In this document: piece by piece, positions 57,419 to 64,000 of the stretch | Numbering within the stretch: position 1 is the first letter of the stretch | Layout of the letters: every line of letters begins with the position of its first letter | Notes under the pieces: generated by a model | Databases searched by the model: none | Told to the model about the DNA's origin: nothing | What the model saw: only the letters and a program-made list of their open reading frames with translations | Translations under genes and position numbers: made by a program | NCBI GenBank assembly: GCA_951406725.2 | Contig: OX597838.1 | Coordinates: 29,140,001 to 29,204,000 of the forward strand | Length of the DNA: 64,000 nt | Direction: 5' to 3' | From: Octopus vulgaris | Lineage: Eukaryota

Positions 57419-57513
57419 TACATATACACAGACATTTGCTTATCTCCCTGCAACCGCATCTATTCACTTATGTACCCACATCACCACAAGCACAAACCAT
57501 ACACACACATAAA

Positions 57514-57624
<111 letters not shown>

Positions 57625-57651
57625 TACATATATATATATACATATATATAT

Positions 57652-57728
<77 letters not shown>

Positions 57729-57877
57729 CATACATATATATACTCACAATCACACATTTCTGGGTATATTCACCTTAGTATGCACACAAACGCAAACACG
57801 CCGACATAAACGTCCATATACACTCCACTCACACACACACAAACACTCACGTCTGTATACATTCAGCTAAATCGCAA

Positions 57878-57912
<35 letters not shown>

Positions 57913-58668
57913 CACGTACACGAACACTCACACATTTTCGTCTCTCTTCAAACGATCATGTCGTCTGCGTTTAGCTAAGTTTCCTCTTCATTCGTTGGTT
58001 CATTCATATCACATGACCCTCCTGGTTATAAATTGTTGCATTTTTACGTTGTCTGCTTACACTAACTAACACAGTTTATAATTGGAATGCAGCTGAAGCT
58101 CAGACAATTGATTGTTAAGTGAAGGAGACCAGAAAGAGATATGGTTTATGCAGCAGAAAATGGAAGAATACGATTGGAGAATTGGATGAAATACATTGTA
58201 ATAAATACCATTAGCGCTGTATAAATCTTCCTGTGCTATAATAATCTTGTACGGCCATGAAATATAGATTTTTTTTTAACATTGGCACATAGCCATGAAG
58301 TTATATTGTAATGATGGTAAGGGGTATAATCGATAAAAACGAGCCTCCAGTTTGATATTTGAAAGGGCAAAAGGAAAAAGAACTGCATCTTTGTCCAGGC
58401 GGTTTACAAAGAAAAAAAAGACATAAATACTGTGTGACCAGCAGTTACGTGTAGTTGAATATAAAATTGCCCGGAACGGACAGATGTACCGAAAAAGAGA
58501 CACGTTTTATATTCTATATTTTAGATCTTGTTATTCAATTGGTTGAAACTATCTTAGGAGATAAAAAAAAAAGTAGCTCAAAGAACTTGGCGTGGAATTA
58601 ACATCTCACGGGCATGAACATGGCGTATCAATAGCGACGGTGTATTATTTGATTAATGTGTGTGCGTA

Positions 58669-58735
<67 letters not shown>

Positions 58736-58789
58736 TCTTTTATTTTTTTATTCCTTTACTTGTTTCAGCCATTTGACTGAAGCACCACC

Positions 58790-59820
58790 TTAAAGTAAGA
58801 TTCAGGAACTAGATTTAGCCTTAAATGGGATATAATACGGAGGGCGCAGCCTCATAGAGATAGTCGATATGGGTATGAGTTTTGCTCTATGGAAATTTAT
58901 GAGACTAGAAAAACCTGATTAATAATAGATTGGACCTAAGGGTATCATGCATGCATGGCATTACTAAAAACCTTAAGTATTTTCGAAACTAAATAATATT
59001 ACATATATCACATTTGGAATTTTGTGGTGGAAATTAACTTCGGTGTCGTATCCTTTATAACATACCCTCTAATATAGGATATCATGTTATATAGTATAAT
59101 GTATTACTTTACATATGTTATATGCTATGTATTATGTTATGTGGTGTACTATATGTATTATTACCCTATGGTAAATCATGCCTGGTTAGTCAGACTTCAC
59201 CCTATTTGGTGATTACTCTATTCTTCCCTTCTATGAATTTTCTACCCTATCAGTCAAATTATGTATATTTGTAATGATTTTGTAATGATTTTGAGATAAC
59301 AAGTCTCCCTTGACTAAATCTTATACCCCCTACGAACTATACGATCATACATACAATAGCATCTGTAATATTATAACTTATAAAACCACTTCGGTAAGAA
59401 TGCCTTAAACTGTCCTCATTACTTCCACACCTATTACCTCCTTTTTAGGTTACCTTTATCTTTTCTTGCCTTTGATTTTAATTCCCCTGTCTCTTTAAAT
59501 GTATTTCTTATTAATTTCTATAAATTCTTATTTTGATTTCTTATTTTATTATGTTTACCCTATTAATCCCTTATCCTTTATGTCTTACCTTTATATCGTT
59601 AAATTTTGTATGGTATCGAATTTTATAATTTTTAATTCCTATTTACCTTCGCTGATAAAGCAGTCTATGAATCGCTGAGCATGCGGCATCTCATCTCCGT
59701 ACGCATTCAGGTTAACATGTGTCTCAATATGGTTCTTAAATTGTTATTTTTCCTTGTTCTTAAATTGATATTTTCAGTTACTTATACCAGCCAAATAATT
59801 ATTCTATATTCTTTTATATT
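58790..59820 (+). mobile_element. Old Naiad-type PLE 3' remnant with long AT-rich 3' region
   Basis: FSLKWDIIRRAQPH...FCSMEIYE and LINNRLDLRVSCMH parallel the C-terminus of the 32400-33768 element. Confidence 0.55.
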
Positions 59821-59910
59821 AGCGTATATATATGTGTGTGGGTGTGTGTGTTGGTGGGTGTGTGTGTATGTAGGCGTAGAAGTGGGTGTGTGGTAAGTAG
59901 CTTCTTACCA

Positions 59911-62075
59911 GACAGACGTGTTGTTTTTTGCTCCTGCAAATGTCACGTGTTTGAACGTGAAATGTTGAACTTTTGACTCGGTGACAGGTAAGACGTTCTG
60001 TATTTTTAGAAGCATAGTGAAGTTTATTGCTTGCTTAATGTTATTTAGCAGTTAACGTTATCTAGCATTAATATTTTTTTGCGGGTAATAGACTTCACTT
60101 TACTTCAGATATATTTCTCTGCCTGTTGTCGTGTCTAAGGTCTCACTCTTTAGTGAGAATTGTGCTTTTTGAGGAGGCGTAGCCCCTCCGCAAAAATTAA
60201 TTTGTTTGCTTGTGTTTTACTACTTCGCAAGAAAATTATAAAAATAAGCCACTATTGGATTACCTTTCGGACCCATTTTTGTGGAGGTTGTGTTGCAGTT
60301 GCGGCGTTCCAGGTTCAACCCAGGCCGGGAGTACCGCAAGGCCAGAATATTTTTGCTGTGTTTTTTCTGTTTATTAACTTTCTTTTGAACTTCATTTAAC
60401 CCCCCCCCCCTTTGTTTTTTTTCTTTATTGCGACTTTCCGTTAATTTCTTCCCTTCTGTTGTACTTTCTCCTTTTTGTTTTTTCAAAAATCTATCAAATT
60501 TTATTTAGACTTTTGAACTTTTTTCTTCCTGCTTTTGAGTTTAATTTGAATATATTTTTAAAAAAACATGGCAATGAAAAATAACAAAATTTTGGAGTGG
60601 GAAATCATACCACCCAAAAAGTGGTTAAAAGACCGTGAAGATAGGACGGTGGTGTTGAGAACCTACTCCAAGGCACTTGACACCATCGCCCTATTCGAAA
60701 AGACGGCAATTGAGGAGGAGTTGGAAGAGTATTTGCCAACAATTAAATTCATTTCCAGGGGTGTCAAATATGCAACGGTGTGGTTTCTATTTGACACCCC
60801 TGAAGAGGCTTGCATATTTGCTAGCAAACCCTTGGAGGGTAAGGAAATCTTATTCCTGCCCACGTACAAAAAAAAGAAATTGATGAAAGCTTGGATCTGC
60901 GGACTGCCACCCGACATAGAACCCGAGTGGATAGAGGAGACTATCCGCCGGGGTCTGGGTGACAGCGAAACTAAGCTCCTCAATGTAAAAGTTCTTCCTG
61001 CGGCTGCTTGGGTTGGGTCGAAAGCAATTTTGACTCTGTGGACACAATCAGCCAATCTGGTTCTTCCAGATTTTTTGAAAATGGCCGGGTGCAGGTACCC
61101 GGTGATGCTTGAGGGTCGCCCCCCTAAGTGTCATCGGTGCTTGGAGTCCGGCCACATAAAGAAGAACTGTCCTCGGGAACAAAATAGGATCCCGGAACAG
61201 TTAAGTAAAATCCCTCTAGAAGAGGGAACGATAACGGCCGAGAAAGCAGAGGACTCCTCAAACAGAGGCCGAAAGAGGAAGGTGAGCAACAATGGGTGCT
61301 CACCAAAGGATAATAGGGATGAGGAGAGGAAGGCGAATCTTCCAGCCACGGAGGAGACGCACCCTCCCTCAGTTGAAAAGGGAAAAAAAAAGAAAAAGAG
61401 GAAGAAAAACGGGACATTACCGGCTGTCAGTGTAGCACCGGAATGTCGCGGAACTACGTCGGTTGGGGTTGTGCCACCGACAAGAGAAGGAATACCGTTG
61501 GCGGAAACTGTGCCGCCAACGAAAGAACTAAATGTGTTGGTCCTCTTCTATAGAGGAGGAGAAATTGAAAAAGTGATGGAAGAGCACTACAAGGGAGCAC
61601 CTTTAGCCTTCACACAGGACCCCGAATGGCCTCCGCAGGTAGCTGTGGAGGCCGTGGCGTTCGACGTGACGCTAGGGCTAAAGGAGCTCAACGAAGATTA
61701 TAACTTGGTCCCGGGCGACGCGAACTCGGAACTTGACTACGGGCACAAGCTATTTCGAGGACGATATGTATTATTAGTAATGGACTTAAGTCCAAAAATT
61801 GAAAAATTGTAAGAGGATTAATACCTCGTTTTGTATTAATAATGGACTGCTAAGCCCAAAAATTGGGAAAAATTGTAAGAGGTTTTATACCTCGTTTTGT
61901 GTTTATCTTTTTAAAAAGAACAATGTTTTAGAGAAGCAAAAGTCGGCGGGCGCTTTCTGTCTTCTCCCATCCTTATCATCTTTCTTTCATTATCATTCAC
62001 TTCATTAATGTCCTCGTCCAGCCCGCAAAGCTAACTTAATCTGTGTACTGCCTTTATGGCAAATGTTTTGAAATA
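59911..62075 (+). mobile_element. ORF1-only (HAL1-like) non-autonomous retroelement inserted in a SINE B head, TSD about 16-17 bp
   Basis: SINE B breaks at 59910 and resumes at 62076. AAGTAGCTTCTTACCA (59895-59910) vs AAGTAGCTTGGTTACCA (62076-62092). Ends in AATAAA. No RT or endonuclease ORF. Confidence 0.8.
60568..61812 (+). CDS. gag-like ORF1 protein of L1/Tx1 type, 414 aa, CCHC zinc knuckle
   Basis: Uninterrupted ORF. ICGLPPDI (RRM-like), VMLEGRPPKCHRCLESGHIKKNCP (CX2CX4HX4C), basic tracts RGRKRK and KKKKKRKK. Confidence 0.85.
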   Translation: MAMKNNKILEWEIIPPKKWLKDREDRTVVLRTYSKALDTIALFEKTAIEEELEEYLPTIKFISRGVKYATVWFLFDTPEEACIFASKPLEGKEILFLPTYKKKKLMKAWICGLPPDIEPEWIEETIRRGLGDSETKLLNVKVLPAAAWVGSKAILTLWTQSANLVLPDFLKMAGCRYPVMLEGRPPKCHRCLESGHIKKNCPREQNRIPEQLSKIPLEEGTITAEKAEDSSNRGRKRKVSNNGCSPKDNRDEERKANLPATEETHPPSVEKGKKKKKRKKNGTLPAVSVAPECRGTTSVGVVPPTREGIPLAETVPPTKELNVLVLFYRGGEIEKVMEEHYKGAPLAFTQDPEWPPQVAVEAVAFDVTLGLKELNEDYNLVPGDANSELDYGHKLFRGRYVLLVMDLSPKIEKL

Positions 62076-62770
<695 letters not shown>

Positions 62771-63699
62771 ATATGTATATGCGTGTGTATATACATATGT
62801 ATACATATGTATATATATAAACCCCTTTTTGTATATGTATCTGTATGCATTATTTTTATACCATTGCACCTACTTATGTCAGTACACACTTTTTCTTGTA
62901 TATTCATATTTAATTAATGTCTATGTATTATCCTTATCTTATAATCCTGCTTCCGATTCATTACTCTTAATCAATAGATAATATGTATATCTTTCCAGAT
63001 ATTCCATACGTAAGTGGTTTGATTGGTCTTTATAGACACAACCAAATAATTTATTAATTAAGCTAAGATCAGGCATCAAATTGATTCTACATAATCGTAA
63101 CCTTCCTTTTAATGTTTATAACGATTCGTAAACACATTTTGGCAACTTGGTTATGATAACACTTTCTAGAATTTTATTTTATTCTTATACAACATAATAT
63201 TATTGTTTATAAACGTTTCTCCCACTGAGACCCTAATATTTTCCTGAATCTCAATCTAGCATCCTAAGTTTCATAGTGTTTGCCCCTTTAACTGCTAATA
63301 ACATCATGACTTAATGTCACCCCTACCCCACCTCTTTTATAGAAGTTACTTCTAATTGACACTTTCTAAAGTTTTGCTTCTTTTTCTTGTGGGTAGAGGG
63401 GCACCTTGACAATATTTATGTCCAATAGCCAGCGATGACATGTCAACTCATTTTGCTTTTTATTCTAAATATACACAGTCTTCTAGTCTCAAATTTCAGT
63501 TTATGATAAAGAGACAGATAAATTGGAAATGAATTACAACCTCACTGTGTTCCATGCCAATCTATAAAAAAATATAGTCTGTTCTCTTAGATGTTCTTTC
63601 TACAATAGCGACATGAATTTCTTCCAGCTTCTTCCTCTTTTAAAATAATTTAAGAAAAATTATATTTATGTATCTTGTCTGTTGAAGTTCCATATTTGT

Positions 63700-63785
63700 G
63701 CAACTGAAGATGGCGGTGTATTTAAATTGATATAACGATTGCATTGTTCAATTAAATGGATTCGCTTGAAACGGCCGTACTTAAT
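63700..63785 (+). ncRNA. Hammerhead-like motif with decayed stem I
   Basis: CUGAAGA-U-GGCGG...UAUUUA-AUUGA...UCAAU-UAAAUG...UCGCU-U-GAAAC-GGCC-GUA, with palindromic ACGGCCGU. Confidence 0.6.
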
Positions 63786-63805
63786 TACTACTTGAAATCA
63801 TGTTA

Positions 63806-63913
<108 letters not shown>

Positions 63914-63945
63914 TGTGTGTGTGCGTGTTTGTGTGTATAGTTGTG

Positions 63946-64000
63946 AAGGCGTGTGGCTTAGTGGATAGGGCATTCGGCTTACGACTGTAAGGACGTGAGT
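63946..64000 (+). mobile_element. tRNA-derived SINE head truncated by the window end
   Basis: GGCGTGTGGCTTAGTGGATAGGG (A box), then GTGAGT at the start of a B box. Confidence 0.6.

Noticed and set aside
59645-59692. CTGATAA-AGC...GCT-GAGC in the 3' region of the PLE remnant
   Set aside because: The position fits an HHR but both core strands are mutated.
59985-60110. GT-AG intron-like segment in the leader of the ORF1-only element
   Set aside because: Splice-like strings are common in AT-rich DNA, and a retrotransposed copy would usually have lost a real intron. Needs RNA data.
62880-63660. Possible old LINE fragment
   Set aside because: Too degenerate to recover a diagnostic motif by eye.

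Overview
This is AT-rich eukaryotic genomic DNA dominated by simple repeats: (TA)n, (ATGT)n, (ATCT)n, (TAA)n and (CA)n. The SINE families and microsatellite load suggest an octopus genome, which is an inference. Only one host protein-coding gene is clear: an intronless RASL10-type small GTPase CDS (10353-10988, +). The rest is transposon-derived: three tRNA-headed SINE families, RTE and CR1-group LINE remnants, a young 5'-truncated R4/Dong element in (TAA)n (50150-53625, -), a decayed mariner, MITEs, a HINE/DINE-1-like element, and Penelope-like (PLE) GIY-YIG remnants. Four observations stand out. (1) About 15 minimal type-I hammerhead ribozyme (HHR) motifs from many unrelated families, most with palindromic stem III suited to dimeric folding. 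(2) A discrete ~200-bp PLE-derived mini-element carrying a fixed A6U core variant. (3) A TSD-flanked 2.2-kb retroelement encoding only an intact gag/ORF1 zinc-knuckle protein, inserted in a SINE head. (4) About a dozen fold-back inverted duplications, mostly tied to (TA)n tracts. Almost all other entries in the ORF track are microsatellite artefacts. All folds and alignments were done by eye; no database search was run.
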